A stretch of 64,000 bases of DNA from an uncultured Thermoleophilia bacterium (GCA_963799895.1 CAWCYR010000019.1:31608-95607), one strand, 5' to 3'. Counted from the stretch's first letter, positions 37,140 through 46,495 are shown. Numbers and translations are program-made. Notes: generated by a model from the letters alone, not told the origin.

Positions 37140-38468
37140 TCAGGCGAGTGCGCGGCGGTCGACCACGCGCTGGAGCTTTCCGCCTTCCGACCGCGGGATG
37201 GTTCCCGGGGAGGCGAGGGTCACGCGGAGCGAGCAGCCGATGCTCTCGCGCAGGAGGTGCTCGCTCCGCGCGCGGAGCTCGCGCACCTGGTCGTGCTCGT
37301 CCGAGAGGCTCTCGGTGCCGGCCTCGCGCAGAAAGGTCTCGCTGACCTCGATCTCGACCTCGGCTTCGTCCAGCGTGCCCGTGCGCGTGACGATGATGCG
37401 GTAGTTCGGCGTCAGCTCGGTCAGGCGCAGGAGCGCGGCCTCGACCTGCGTGGGAAAGACGTTGACGCCGCGGATGACCAGCATGTCGTCCGCCCGCCCG
37501 GTGATCCGTGCCATGCGCACGAGCGTCCGCCCGCACGCGCACGGGCGGCGGAGCTCAGGCTCGTGAGGTCTCCTGTCCAGTAGCGGACGAGGGGCAGCGC
37601 CTCCTTCGTCAGCGTTGTGAGGACGAGAACGCCCTCCTCGCCCTCGGCGAGCGGCGCGCCGGTCTCCGGGTCGACGACCTCGGGCAGAAACTCGTCCTCG
37701 TTGATGTGGGAACCGGCGCGCTCCTCGACGCACTCGCACGAGACGCCCGGCCCGATCACCTCGGAGAGCCCGTAGATGTTGACGCTGCGTACCCCGAGGC
37801 CGGCGTCGACGTTCTCCCGGATCCCCTCGGTCCACGGTTCGGCGCCGAGGAGCGCGTAGCGGAGACTGATCTCGTCGGGCGCGACGCCTCGCTCTGCGAA
37901 CGCCTGCGCAAGCGTCAGCGCGTAGCTCGGCGTGCAGGCGATCACGTCCGGCCGGAAGTCGTCGATCAGCATCAGCTGCCGCTCGGTCATGCCGCCGGAG
38001 ACCGGGACGACGGCCATCCCGAGCCGCTCGCCGCCGGCGTGAAGGCCGAGCCCGCCCGTGAACAGGCCGTAGCCGTACGCGTTGTGCAGCACCATCCCGG
38101 GCTCTGCTCCGGCCAGCGCGAGTGCGCGGGCGTTGACCCGGGCGAACAGGTCGAGGTCGGCGGCCGTGTAGCCGACCACGGTCAGCTTCCCCGTCGTCCC
38201 GGACGAGGCGTGCACGCGGGCGAGCTGCTCGCGCGGGACGGCGAGCATCCCGAACGGGTAGGTGTCGCGCAGGTCGTCCTTGCGCGTGAAGGGGAGCTGC
38301 TGCACGTCGTCGACCGAGGCGACGTCGCCCGGCTCGATGATCGCGCAGGCGCTCCTGGTAGAGCGGGACCCGCTCCTTGATGTAATCGACCAGCGCCCGT
38401 AGACGTTCGGTCTGAAGCGACCGCAGTTGCTCCCGCGGCATCGTCTCCCGCTCGGGCTCGAAGATCAC
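37140..38468 (-). CDS. paaK: Phenylacetate-CoA ligase, with two opposite frame changes (~38340 and ~37563)
   Basis: The ends are in the frame of ORF 37140..38468: MIFEPERETMPREQLRSLQTERLRALVDYIKERVPLYQERL at the start and ...PCACGRTLVRMARITGRADDMLVIRGVNVFPTQVE... at the end. The middle (IEPGDVASVDDVQQLPFTRKDDLRDTYPFGML...HASSGTTGK...RYWTGDLT) is in the frame of ORF 37421..38305. Confidence 0.8.
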   Translation of the reverse strand: MIFEPERETMPREQLRSLQTERLRALVDYIKERVPLYQERLRDHRAGRRRLGRRRAAAPLHAQGRPARHLPVRDARRPARAARPRARLVRDDGEADRGRLHGRRPRPVRPGQRPRTRAGRSRARDGAAQRVRLRPVHGRARPSRRRRAARDGRRPGLRRHDRAAADADRRLPAGRDRLHAELRADACAGVRRARRRARRDQSPLRAPRRRTVDRGDPGERRRRPRGTQRQHLRALRGDRAGRLVRVRRGARRFPHQRGRVSARGRRPGDRRAARRGRGGRSRPHNADEGGAAPRPLLDRRPHEPELRRPCACGRTLVRMARITGRADDMLVIRGVNVFPTQVEAALLRLTELTPNYRIIVTRTGTLDEAEVEIEVSETFLREAGTESLSDEHDQVRELRARSEHLLRESIGCSLRVTLASPGTIPRSEGGKLQRVVDRRALA

Positions 38469-38525
38469 GCGGGCATTCTCTGCTGAACTGTGGCCACCGT
38501 ACGCTCGGACGGGAGGTGCCTCTCA

Positions 38526-38969
38526 ATGGCTGAGAAGAAGACCGCAACGAAGGCTTTCACCGACGAGGAACGCCTCGCGATGAAGGAGCGTGCCGCCGAG
38601 CAGAAGGCGGCCGCGCGCCGCGGCCCTCGGGAAACGGCGGACGGGGAACGCGACGTGCTCGCGAAGATCGCCGAGATGCCGGAACCGGACCGAATTCTGG
38701 CCGAGCGGATCCATGCGATCGTCACGGCTACCGCGCCGGCCCTCTCGCCCAGAACCTGGTACGGCATGCCCGCCTATGCGAGGGACGGCAAGGTTGTCTG
38801 CTTCTTCCAGGGTGCGCACAAGTTCAAGACGAGGTACGCGATGTTCGGCTTCAACGCCGCGGCGAACCTCGACGACGGCGCCATGTGGCCGGTCGCGTTC
38901 GCGCTGAAGAAGCTGACCGCCACCGAAGAGAAACGGATCGCCGCGCTCGTGAAGAAGGCGGTGACCTGA
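38526..38969 (+). CDS. YdhG-like / DUF1801 domain protein
   Basis: GGGAGG lies 9 nt before ATG 38526. ...[33 protein letters not shown]... is typical of DUF1801. Confidence 0.65.
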   Translation: MAEKKTATKAFTDEERLAMKERAAEQKAAARRGPRETADGERDVLAKIAEMPEPDRILAERIHAIVTATAPALSPRTWYGMPAYARDGKVVCFFQGAHKFKTRYAMFGFNAAANLDDGAMWPVAFALKKLTATEEKRIAALVKKAVT

Positions 38970-39047
38970 GAACGGTTACCGGAGCGCGGGGCCGGCGTCT
39001 GGTCGAAACGGTCCGACTCGAGCTCGAACCACGCCACGAGCCGGAGC

Positions 39048-40019
39048 CTAGTTCGTCGCGCTCAGAACCTGCCGCCCGCGAAAGCCGACCACGAGCGAGC
39101 TCGTCAGGCCGACGAGCGCAGCCGTCAGCGCGGCCAGGGTAAGGAGTGTCGCCGACGCAAGCGAGAAGTTGATCGCGACCTCCTTCGAGGCCCCGAGCGC
39201 GAGGAGAATCGCCGCGGTTGCGCCCATGCCCGCCACCGCGCCCCCGGATGTGACGGGGATCACCGCTGCGGCGGCCGCGAGGCAGAGCACGACGATCGCG
39301 ATCTGCGGCGAGAAGCTCGTGCCGAGCGCCATCAGCAGGCACGTGCTGCCGAGGGCACGCGAGGTCCAGCAGCCGAACAGGTAGGCGCCCACGACCAGGG
39401 TCGACCGCGTATCCGTGGCGGTCTCGCCGACGCGGTTGAAGACGCCGCTCACGCGCTTCCAGCGGCCGAGCGGGACGAGCCGCAGCACTCGTGGCCCGAA
39501 GAGCACGAACACCGTGGCGCCGATGCAGAAGAGGACGACGAGCCCGAGCGGGATGACGAAGAGCCCGCCGGCCGTCGACAGCGCTGCGACTGCCAGTGGG
39601 AGCATCGCCACCGCGTCGATCAACCCGAGCGCCACGATCGAGACGGCGATCGTCTCGATCCCGAGCGGCGCCCCGTGGAGCCGCCGCAACGTCGCGACCT
39701 TGACGAGGTAGTCGAGCCGGAAGGGAAGCACCGTGCCGCTGGCCGCCGACGCACCGCACGCGGCCAGGCAGCGGCTTGCGTGAGGTCGGTCGGTGCGGGG
39801 AAAGAGCCGCCGCCAGCCGAGCGCCCGGAAGCCGAAGCTCGCGACATAGCCGACCGCGGCAAGTGCGACCAGGCCGAGGTTGGCCTTTTCGAGCGGCCAG
39901 CTCGCGCCGGTCAGGCGGCGCGCCAGCAGGAAGCAGGCGACGACCGAGAGCGCGCACAGGGCCATGCCCGCGAACAGCTTGCGGCCGCGGCGAAGCTCGA
40001 TGGTGGGAACCGCGATCAC
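39048..40019 (-). CDS. UPF0104 / lysylphosphatidylglycerol-synthase-TM-like (flippase-like) integral membrane protein
   Basis: 323-aa intact ORF with ~8 predicted TM segments. The N-terminal MIAVPTIELRRGRKLFAGMALCALSVVACFLLAR pattern fits this family. Confidence 0.6.
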   Translation of the reverse strand: MIAVPTIELRRGRKLFAGMALCALSVVACFLLARRLTGASWPLEKANLGLVALAAVGYVASFGFRALGWRRLFPRTDRPHASRCLAACGASAASGTVLPFRLDYLVKVATLRRLHGAPLGIETIAVSIVALGLIDAVAMLPLAVAALSTAGGLFVIPLGLVVLFCIGATVFVLFGPRVLRLVPLGRWKRVSGVFNRVGETATDTRSTLVVGAYLFGCWTSRALGSTCLLMALGTSFSPQIAIVVLCLAAAAAVIPVTSGGAVAGMGATAAILLALGASKEVAINFSLASATLLTLAALTAALVGLTSSLVVGFRGRQVLSATN

Positions 40020-40347
40020 GGTCGGACCGGGCTGCGCCCGTCGTGGGTGAAGTCGTACGTCATCCAGTCAGCACTCGTCGTGCCGGACCCCTTCCGGCAT
40101 CCCTCGACCGGATGAGACGTCGACGAGTCGCACCGCCGGATAGGAAGCCTCGCTGGTTACTCGGTGGTCCCCGGCTTCCACGACCACGGGAGCCCGTCAG
40201 CAACGCGAGGGGCTCTCCCAAGTGTCCAAGGGCGAGAACCGCCTTCAGCACGTGGGACAGCCCCGCTTTCAGCGGGACGGCCCCAATGGCTACCCGTCCG
40301 CCAGCAACGCGTTTACGTCGGCGGCGAACTCGGTGTGGTGCTGGAAA

Positions 40348-40379
40348 GATCCGGCCCCCGCCGCGGCGAGGGCCGGATC
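40348..40379 (-). terminator. Intrinsic-terminator-like hairpin downstream of 40389..40661
   Basis: Perfect 10-bp stem GATCCGGCCC / GGGCCGGATC with a 12-nt loop, 10 nt after the stop codon. On the minus strand it is followed by TTTCC. Confidence 0.55.
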
Positions 40380-40388
40380 CGCGGGCTC

Positions 40389-40661
40389 CTACGCGCCGTA
40401 GCGGCCGACGAGCTCGGCCGCCTGCGGCCGGCTCTTGTGCCCGGCCGCCTGCATGATCGGCGGGACGTCGGGGTCGGACACGAAGCTCTGCCAGCCTGCT
40501 GCGTCCCAGTCGAAGAGCGCCCAGACCCGGTCCTCCTCGTTCGGGTCGCGGAACACAAGCGCGCCCTTCGAGCCGTGCAGCTCGCGCTTCTCGGCGCCCT
40601 TCGTCGAGAAGACCTCCACGAAACGGTCCAGGTCCTCCACCGTCGTCGTTGCCAGGATCAT
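40389..40661 (-). CDS. Small conserved-looking hypothetical protein (90 aa)
   Basis: Intact ORF MILATTTVEDLDRFVEVFSTKGAEKRELHGSKGALVFRDPNEEDRVWALFDWD... It has high GC3 and is followed by a hairpin. No family name assigned. Confidence 0.55.
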   Translation of the reverse strand: MILATTTVEDLDRFVEVFSTKGAEKRELHGSKGALVFRDPNEEDRVWALFDWDAAGWQSFVSDPDVPPIMQAAGHKSRPQAAELVGRYGA

Positions 40662-40715
40662 CGTCGCCTCCTTGTCGTCCTCCGCGCCGGGCTCGACGCG
40701 GCTGTATCGACGACG

Positions 40716-42299
40716 CTACGGAGCGCCGGCGCGGACGGCATCGGGCGAATGCCCCATGAGGTCATGCTCGTACGCCCAGACCGTGGCGGCCGCACGGCTG
40801 CGCACGCCGGCCTTGCGATAGACGTGCTCCACATGGTGGCCGACGGTCTTGACGGAGATCCCGAGCTCGTCGGCGATCTCCTGGTTCGACTGCCCGCGCA
40901 CGAGCGCGAGCAGCACCTCGAGCTCGCGTCGGGTCAAGCCCGCCGGGAGCTCGCGCGGCCGCTTCGGAACGCGGTGTCCGGCCGCGGCGAGGACGGCGTC
41001 GATCGCCTCACCGTCCAGGCACCCCTCCTGCGCCTCGCGCCTGAGCTCCGCCTCCGTCGCCTCGGAGTCGAGGGCGGGCCGGTACGGACGGGCCTCGCGC
41101 ATCGCCACGTAGCAATCGGCTGCCGCGAGGATGCGCGCGGCCTGGTCGAGGCCCTTCCCCTGCGAGCCCCGGTGGTAGCCGGAGCCGTCGAGGCGCTCAT
41201 GGTGCGAGCCGGCCAGCCGTCCGATTGCCGACAGCGTCGACGACTGCGCGAAGGCGCGCTCCGTGAAGTGCGCATGGAGCCGCACGCGCTCCCACTCCCC
41301 GAAGCCCAGCACGCCCGGCTTCTCCCAGATCGCGTTCGACACGCCCAGGCGGCCGACGTCGTGGACAAGGCCGGCGCGCCGCACGAGCGTTACGGCGTCG
41401 GCCTCGAGGCCCATTCGCCAGGCAGCCGCCTCCGCAAGCTCGGCCACGTTGGTCGAGTGCTCGCGCAGCCACGGCGACTTGAGGCCGGTGAGCGCGGCGA
41501 TGGCCGCGAACGCGGCGTCGATCTGCTCGCCTTCGACCCAGATCCGGGGCAACGGCTCGGCATCGAGGGCCTCCGCCCAGATGCGCTCCTCGTCGAGGTC
41601 GCCGCGGAGCTCGTCGAAGTGTGCAGCCGCCAGGCCGGCGAGCCCCGGGTCGTAGGCCGTGCCCGCCCGGCTCTCGACGATGGCCCGCGCGCCGTGCGAT
41701 CCCTCGGCCGAGAGGAAGAGCGAGATGTCTCTCGCCACGTGCAGGAGGCGGGCGGCCAGCGGGAGCGTCTCCCCGGCGGCGTCCGGGATCCCGCGGCCGT
41801 CCCAGCGGGCGAACACGAACTCGAGCCCCTCCTGCACCCCAGGCCCGAGGCCGATCCAGCCGGCAAAGCGCTGTGCGACCTCGCACATCGCCACGAACGA
41901 CTCCCGGCCCCTTGCGGGGTTGGCCAGGGCGGCCTCGAGCATCCGCTCGCGCACCTCGGCCTGACGGCCGGCCCCGACCCACTCCGCGTAGAAGGCGAGG
42001 ACTGCGTCGCGGTCGGCGGTGTCGATCAGGAAGAACGCGGCGCGATGGCCGATGTCGTCGCCGAAGAGTTGCCCCGCCTCGTGGCTGTTCGACGTGCAGC
42101 CGGCCGCGTGCAGGAGGGCGACGTAGTAGGCGTCCGAGCGCTCGGAATCCGTGGCTCCCGCGAGCTCGCCGAGGCGGACGGCGAAGATCGCCGTGCGCAG
42201 CGCGTGCTCGAGCGGCTGGCCGGTTCCGAGATCGGTCGCGAGCGAGAGGACGGCGACCAGCTCGGCCGCGCGCACAGGCTGCTCGACCGCCCGCTCCAC
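40716..42299 (-). CDS. HD/HD-GYP domain protein with C-terminal LuxR-type HTH
   Basis: HD-GYP-like segment LVHDVGRLGVSNAIWEKPG...GSHHERLDGSGYHRG. C-terminal LTRRELEVLLALVRGQSNQEIADELGISVKTVGHHVEHVYRKAGV. The start was set to GTG 42299 because upstream ORF sequence overlaps the preceding gene and is Arg-rich noise. Confidence 0.7.
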   Translation of the reverse strand: MERAVEQPVRAAELVAVLSLATDLGTGQPLEHALRTAIFAVRLGELAGATDSERSDAYYVALLHAAGCTSNSHEAGQLFGDDIGHRAAFFLIDTADRDAVLAFYAEWVGAGRQAEVRERMLEAALANPARGRESFVAMCEVAQRFAGWIGLGPGVQEGLEFVFARWDGRGIPDAAGETLPLAARLLHVARDISLFLSAEGSHGARAIVESRAGTAYDPGLAGLAAAHFDELRGDLDEERIWAEALDAEPLPRIWVEGEQIDAAFAAIAALTGLKSPWLREHSTNVAELAEAAAWRMGLEADAVTLVRRAGLVHDVGRLGVSNAIWEKPGVLGFGEWERVRLHAHFTERAFAQSSTLSAIGRLAGSHHERLDGSGYHRGSQGKGLDQAARILAAADCYVAMREARPYRPALDSEATEAELRREAQEGCLDGEAIDAVLAAAGHRVPKRPRELPAGLTRRELEVLLALVRGQSNQEIADELGISVKTVGHHVEHVYRKAGVRSRAAATVWAYEHDLMGHSPDAVRAGAP

Positions 42300-42304
42300 C
42301 TCCG

Positions 42305-42943
42305 TCAGCCGCGTAGGAGCTCCTGGAAGGCCGGGTCGTCGCGGATCGGGTCGAAGTCCGAGTCGTTCTTCGCGTACTCGCGCAGCGGCGGGTACAGCTC
42401 GATGCCCTGGCGGAGGTGGCGGACCGCGTCGGCCGGCCGGCCGGCCAGCGCCTCGCAGCAGGCGAGGTTGTAGAGCGGGTTCGCGTACCCGGGATTGGCT
42501 TCGACGAGCTCGCGGCCCTTGTCGGCCGCCTCTTCGTACCGGCCGGCCAGGTACAGCGGGTTCACTTGGGCCCAGATCTCCCAGCCGACAGGCGCGTAGG
42601 CCTCGCCAGGGATCGCCCCCGCGACCAGGATCGTCGTCTCCGGCTCTTCCGCGAAAGCCGTCCGCTTCGACCCCGGCGTGACGAACACGTAGGTCCCGGC
42701 GGGCGCCTCGACCTCCTCGCCGTCGATCTCGAACCGCGCACGGCCGCGCCAGACGAAGTACAGCTCCTCCGCCTCGTCCTTCTCGTCGTGCTCGTTGATG
42801 ATCCGGTCGCCGGCCTCGTGCCCCGTCCACGCGTTGATGCCGAACGAGGTAATGCCGAAGTGGTGCCGCACCGGCCGCCATGGCTCGCGGCCGTCGGTGA
42901 CCTCCTCGATCTCGTCCAGGCTCGCGACGCGGTACCCGTCCAC
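42305..42943 (-). CDS. Cupin-domain protein with TPR-like C-terminal tail
   Basis: Start at GTG 42943 (VDGYRVASLDEIEE...). Cupin core EELYFVWRGRARFEIDGEEVEAPAGTYVFVTPG. Tail NPLYNLACCEALAGRPADAVRHLRQGIEL. Confidence 0.65.
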   Translation of the reverse strand: MDGYRVASLDEIEEVTDGREPWRPVRHHFGITSFGINAWTGHEAGDRIINEHDEKDEAEELYFVWRGRARFEIDGEEVEAPAGTYVFVTPGSKRTAFAEEPETTILVAGAIPGEAYAPVGWEIWAQVNPLYLAGRYEEAADKGRELVEANPGYANPLYNLACCEALAGRPADAVRHLRQGIELYPPLREYAKNDSDFDPIRDDPAFQELLRG

Positions 42944-43070
42944 CCGCGGCAGTCTACGGTCCGTACGATCCGGCGATGGCCACACGCCAGGCTCCCACCG
43001 TCTCGGTCCGGGAAGTCCTCCGGCATCCCTGGGTCGTGGTGCCCGAAAGCGTCGACCAGCACTACGACTG

Positions 43071-44084
43071 ATGGATCTCGGTCTCGTCACCTTCGCCGAC
43101 CTGGCGCCCGGGCAGCCGCCGGCCGAGCGCATGCAGAACCTGCTCGACGAGGCGCGGCTGGCCGACGAGCTCGGCCTGAAGGTCTTCGGCGTCGGCGAGC
43201 ACCACCGGCCCGACTATCTCGTCTCGTCGCCCGCGACGGTGCTTGCGGCGATCGCCGCCCAGACGACCCGGATCCGCCTCTCCAGCGCGGTGACGGTGCT
43301 CTCCTCGGACGACCCTGTGCGCGTGTTCCAGCAGTTCGCGCACGTCGACCTGATCTCCGGTGGGCGCGCCGAGATCATGGCGGGACGCGGCTCCTTCATC
43401 GAGTCGTTCCCGCTGTTCGGCTACGACCTGCACGACTACGACGAGCTCTTCTCGGAGAAGCTCGAGCTGCTGATCGCGATTCGCGACTCGGCCCACGTCA
43501 CCTGGGCGGGGCGCCACCGCGCGCCGCTCGCCGACGCGGTCGTGTGGCCGCCGCCGGTGCAGCAGCCGCTGCCGATCTGGGTCGCGGTCGGCGGCACGCC
43601 GGAGTCGGTGCTGCGCGCCGCGCGGCTCGGGCTGCCGATGACGCTCGCGATCATCGGCGGCCAGACCGCCCGCTTCCAGCCGTTCGCCGAGCTCTACCGG
43701 CGCGCCTGGGAGGAGGCCGGCCACGACGGGGCCCCGACGCTCGCGATCAACACGCACGCGTTCGTGGCGGAGACCGAGGAGCAGGCGGTGGCCGCCTTCG
43801 GGCCGCCCTACCTGGAGGTGATGAACCGCATCGGCCGCGAGCGCGGCTGGCCGCCCTCCGGCCGGGCGGAGTTCGACGCCCTGCGCGCGCCGGACGGCCC
43901 GCTGGCGCTCGGCTCGCCGGAGCAGGTGGCGGAGAAGATCAACCGCATCCAGGAGCTCTTCGGTCCGCAGCGCTACCTCGCGCACATGAGCATCGGCGCG
44001 GTCGCCCACGCCGATGTCATGCGCGCGATCGAGCTGTTCGCGACCCGGGTCGCGTCGCTCGTCAGTTCCCCCACAGCGGCCTGA
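43071..44084 (+). CDS. LLM-class (luciferase-like) flavin-dependent oxidoreductase
   Basis: ATG 43071. MDLGLVTFADL...GLKVFGVGEHHRPDYLVSSPATVLAAIAAQTTRIRLSSAVTVLSSDDPVRVFQQFA... The 337-aa ORF is intact. Confidence 0.8.
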   Translation: MDLGLVTFADLAPGQPPAERMQNLLDEARLADELGLKVFGVGEHHRPDYLVSSPATVLAAIAAQTTRIRLSSAVTVLSSDDPVRVFQQFAHVDLISGGRAEIMAGRGSFIESFPLFGYDLHDYDELFSEKLELLIAIRDSAHVTWAGRHRAPLADAVVWPPPVQQPLPIWVAVGGTPESVLRAARLGLPMTLAIIGGQTARFQPFAELYRRAWEEAGHDGAPTLAINTHAFVAETEEQAVAAFGPPYLEVMNRIGRERGWPPSGRAEFDALRAPDGPLALGSPEQVAEKINRIQELFGPQRYLAHMSIGAVAHADVMRAIELFATRVASLVSSPTAA

Positions 44085-44406
44085 CCTCGATCGCCCCGAA
44101 CTCCGCGTTCGGGTGGGTGGCCGCGATCTGAACCGCCTCCTCGAAGCTGTCGGCCTCGATCAGGTCGAAGCCGCCGACCGCCTCCTTCGTCTCGGCGAAC
44201 GGGCCGTCGGTGACGAGCGTCTTGCCGCCGCGGACGCGGATCGTCTGCGCGCGGCGTGGCGGGGCGAGCTGGTCGCCGATGAGCCACTTGCCGCGCTCGC
44301 GCAGCTCGTCGACCCACCAGAAGCCCTTGGCGGGGGGCGGCTCGGCGGGCTCGTCCTGGCCGTTCATGTTCTCGGTGTCCCAGCAGACCAGCAGCAGGTA
44401 CTTCAT
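44062..44406 (-). CDS. YciI-like (YCII-related) family protein
   Basis: MKYLLLVCWDTE...TDGPFAETKEAVGGFDLIEADSFEEAVQIAATHP is a typical YCII signature. Confidence 0.8.
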   Translation of the reverse strand: MKYLLLVCWDTENMNGQDEPAEPPPAKGFWWVDELRERGKWLIGDQLAPPRRAQTIRVRGGKTLVTDGPFAETKEAVGGFDLIEADSFEEAVQIAATHPNAEFGAIEVRPLWGN

Positions 44407-44497
44407 GGTTCGCTCCTTCCGTCGGTGTCGCCAGGACGACGCACGGGCCGCGTCGCGATCGACCCTTTTTTAATTGGTCAGCCTAAGAAATCGATTG

Positions 44498-45223
44498 TCA
44501 GCCCGAAAACTCGAGCCCTTCGGCGTGGGCGATGACTTCGTCCGGCGTCGGCGGTGAGAGCAGGATCTCGGCCATCTGCTCCGCGAGCGGGTCGTCGGTC
44601 TGCCGGTAGGCGGTCGCCGCCCGCTCCACGTCGTACGCGGTCCGGCGCAGGTCGACGTCCGGCCCCAGGACGGCCCAGTACGCGCCCGGCTCCCATGCGT
44701 AGGGCATGCCGACGCTGCCAGGGTTGACACTGCGGATGCCGGCCGCGCGGCGGTCGAATTGCAGGTGCGTGTGGGCGCTGACGACGACCCGCTCGGGCCG
44801 CCCTGCGACCGCGGCGGCGAGCCGCTCCTCGGCTGTCGCGGGCGTGATCAGCTCCTCGTCGCTGCGCGGCGAGCCGTGACAGAAGCGAACCGGGCCGAGC
44901 CCCGCGACGTCTACGGTCACGCCCTCCACGGCACGGCGCAGGAACGCCATGTCCTCGTCGGTGTGCGCGTCGATGAGCCAGCGCTCGCGCGGCTTCTCGG
45001 CTCGCTGCTCGAACAGTGCGCGCTCGGCGTTGCCGCGGACGAGCAGTGCCGGCACCGGAAGCGCCTGCAGCAGCTGCGCCGTCTCGTGCGGAAGCGGCCC
45101 CCAGGTCAGGTCGCCGCCCAGGACGACGAGCTCCGGCGGATCGACGGCGAGCTCGGCAAGCACGGCCTCGAGCGCGACGGCGTTGCCGTGGACGTCCGAG
45201 AGGACGGCGACGCTAGACGTCAA
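44498..45223 (-). CDS. Metallophosphoesterase family protein
   Basis: VAVLSDVHGNAVALEAVLAEL, VVLGGDLTWGP, RGNAERAL and VVVSAHTHLQFD are calcineurin-like phosphoesterase motifs. Confidence 0.8.
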   Translation of the reverse strand: MTSSVAVLSDVHGNAVALEAVLAELAVDPPELVVLGGDLTWGPLPHETAQLLQALPVPALLVRGNAERALFEQRAEKPRERWLIDAHTDEDMAFLRRAVEGVTVDVAGLGPVRFCHGSPRSDEELITPATAEERLAAAVAGRPERVVVSAHTHLQFDRRAAGIRSVNPGSVGMPYAWEPGAYWAVLGPDVDLRRTAYDVERAATAYRQTDDPLAEQMAEILLSPPTPDEVIAHAEGLEFSG

Positions 45224-46138
45224 GGTAGGGCGCGACGCTCAGGTACTTGAAGCCGCTGTCGACGGCGAGCGTGACGATGACCGCGTCCGGGCCGAGCCGC
45301 TCGGCCAGCCGGTGGGCGCCGACGACGTTCGCGCCCGTCGAGATGCCGGCGAAGATGCCGTCCTCGCGCGCGAGCCGCAGCGTCATCTGCCATCGGACTC
45401 CTCGTCGCCGATGGGCTCGAGATGGTCGACGCGGGCAGGGTCCCAGTGCGGCATGACCATCCCCGTCCAGCCCTGGATCAGGAACGCGCCGCGCTCGCCG
45501 CCGCCAATCGCGGCCGACGAGGCCGGCTCGTGCGCCTGGATGAAGACGCCGCGCGGCCGCAGTGCGTCGGACACGCCCATCACCGAGCTGGCCGTGCCCA
45601 TGCCGTGGCAGAACGCCGTTACCCGCCCGTCCGTCTGCTCCCAGATCTCGCGGCCCAGCCGGTCGCGGTGGCCGGGGACGATGTACGGGTTGTTGAACTG
45701 GTCGGTCGCGTAATGACCCGGCTCAGCGGCGAGCTCCCCGGCGCGCGTGACCATGTTCTGGATGTCCTGCGCCGTGACCTTCGGCCGGCCCTCGACCGAC
45801 GGGATCTCGTCGATCTCCGCGCCGAGCGCGCGCATCAGCAGGAAGCGCTCCTCGGTGAAGCAGTCCGCCATGACGATCAGCGGGCGGTAGCCCTTCGCCC
45901 GGCAGACGAGGGCCAGCGCGGGGCCCGTGCTGCCGCCCGTGTACTCGACGACGGTGTCTCCCTGTGCGATCAGGCCGTCCCGCTCGGCGCCCTCGATCAT
46001 CGCGAGCGCCATGCGGTCCTTCATCGACCCGGTCGGGTTCGCGTACTCCAGCTTCAGCCAGAGCTCGGCGCCGTTCGCGGGCGCACACGGGCCGAGCCGC
46101 ACGAGCGGCGTGTCGCCGATCGCGTCGAGGATCGACAT
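45213..46138 (-). CDS. Cysteine synthase / PLP-dependent beta-replacement enzyme family, one frame change near 45390
   Basis: MSILDAIGDTPLVRL..., with the PLP lysine motif NPTGSMKDR. The last ~55 codons (MTLRLAREDGIFAGISTGANVVGAHRLAERLGPDAVIVTLAVDSGFKYLS...) are in a different frame and end at TAG 45215-45213. Confidence 0.75.
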
Positions 46139-46495
46139 TCAGAGGATCACGACGAGAACGGTCGCGAGGCCCAGCACGACGCCGGCAATCGTGAACGCGG
46201 CTGCGGCGACCGGGCCGAACTCGACGAAGCGCCCCTCGCGCAGCGCGGCCTCCTGCCGGCGCTCGCGGAAGAACCCGTACGAGATGAACGCGACGCCGAG
46301 CAGCGCGTAGCCGACGCCGACGAGCTCGTAGCCGACCGACGACCCCTTCGTCAGCTGGGGGACGATCTTGCCGACGCCGAGCGCGACCGCGAACGCCGCG
46401 AGCGCGCTGCGCCACCAGGCGAGGTACGTGCGCTCACTCGCGAGACGCGTCCGCCGGGTCGCGTCGACGATCTCCTCGAACGTCTCCCGCTCCAC
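46139..46495 (-). CDS. DUF202 (YidH-like) membrane protein
   Basis: RTRLASERTYLAWWRSALAAFAVALGV... is typical of DUF202. 118 aa, intact. Confidence 0.7.
   Translation of the reverse strand: MERETFEEIVDATRRTRLASERTYLAWWRSALAAFAVALGVGKIVPQLTKGSSVGYELVGVGYALLGVAFISYGFFRERRQEAALREGRFVEFGPVAAAAFTIAGVVLGLATVLVVIL

Noticed and set aside
40185-40220. Possible c-di-AMP (ydaO-type) riboswitch, suggested by CCCGTCAGC-AAC-GCGAGG on the plus strand
   Set aside because: Only a ~9-nt exact match to one conserved segment. The other conserved segments were not found, and on the plus strand no gene lies downstream to be regulated.
40164-42473. 769-aa plus-strand ORF spanning the HD-GYP/LuxR gene region
   Set aside because: Arg/Leu/Gly-rich antisense read-through. 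The minus-strand frame carries clear HD-GYP and LuxR motifs instead.
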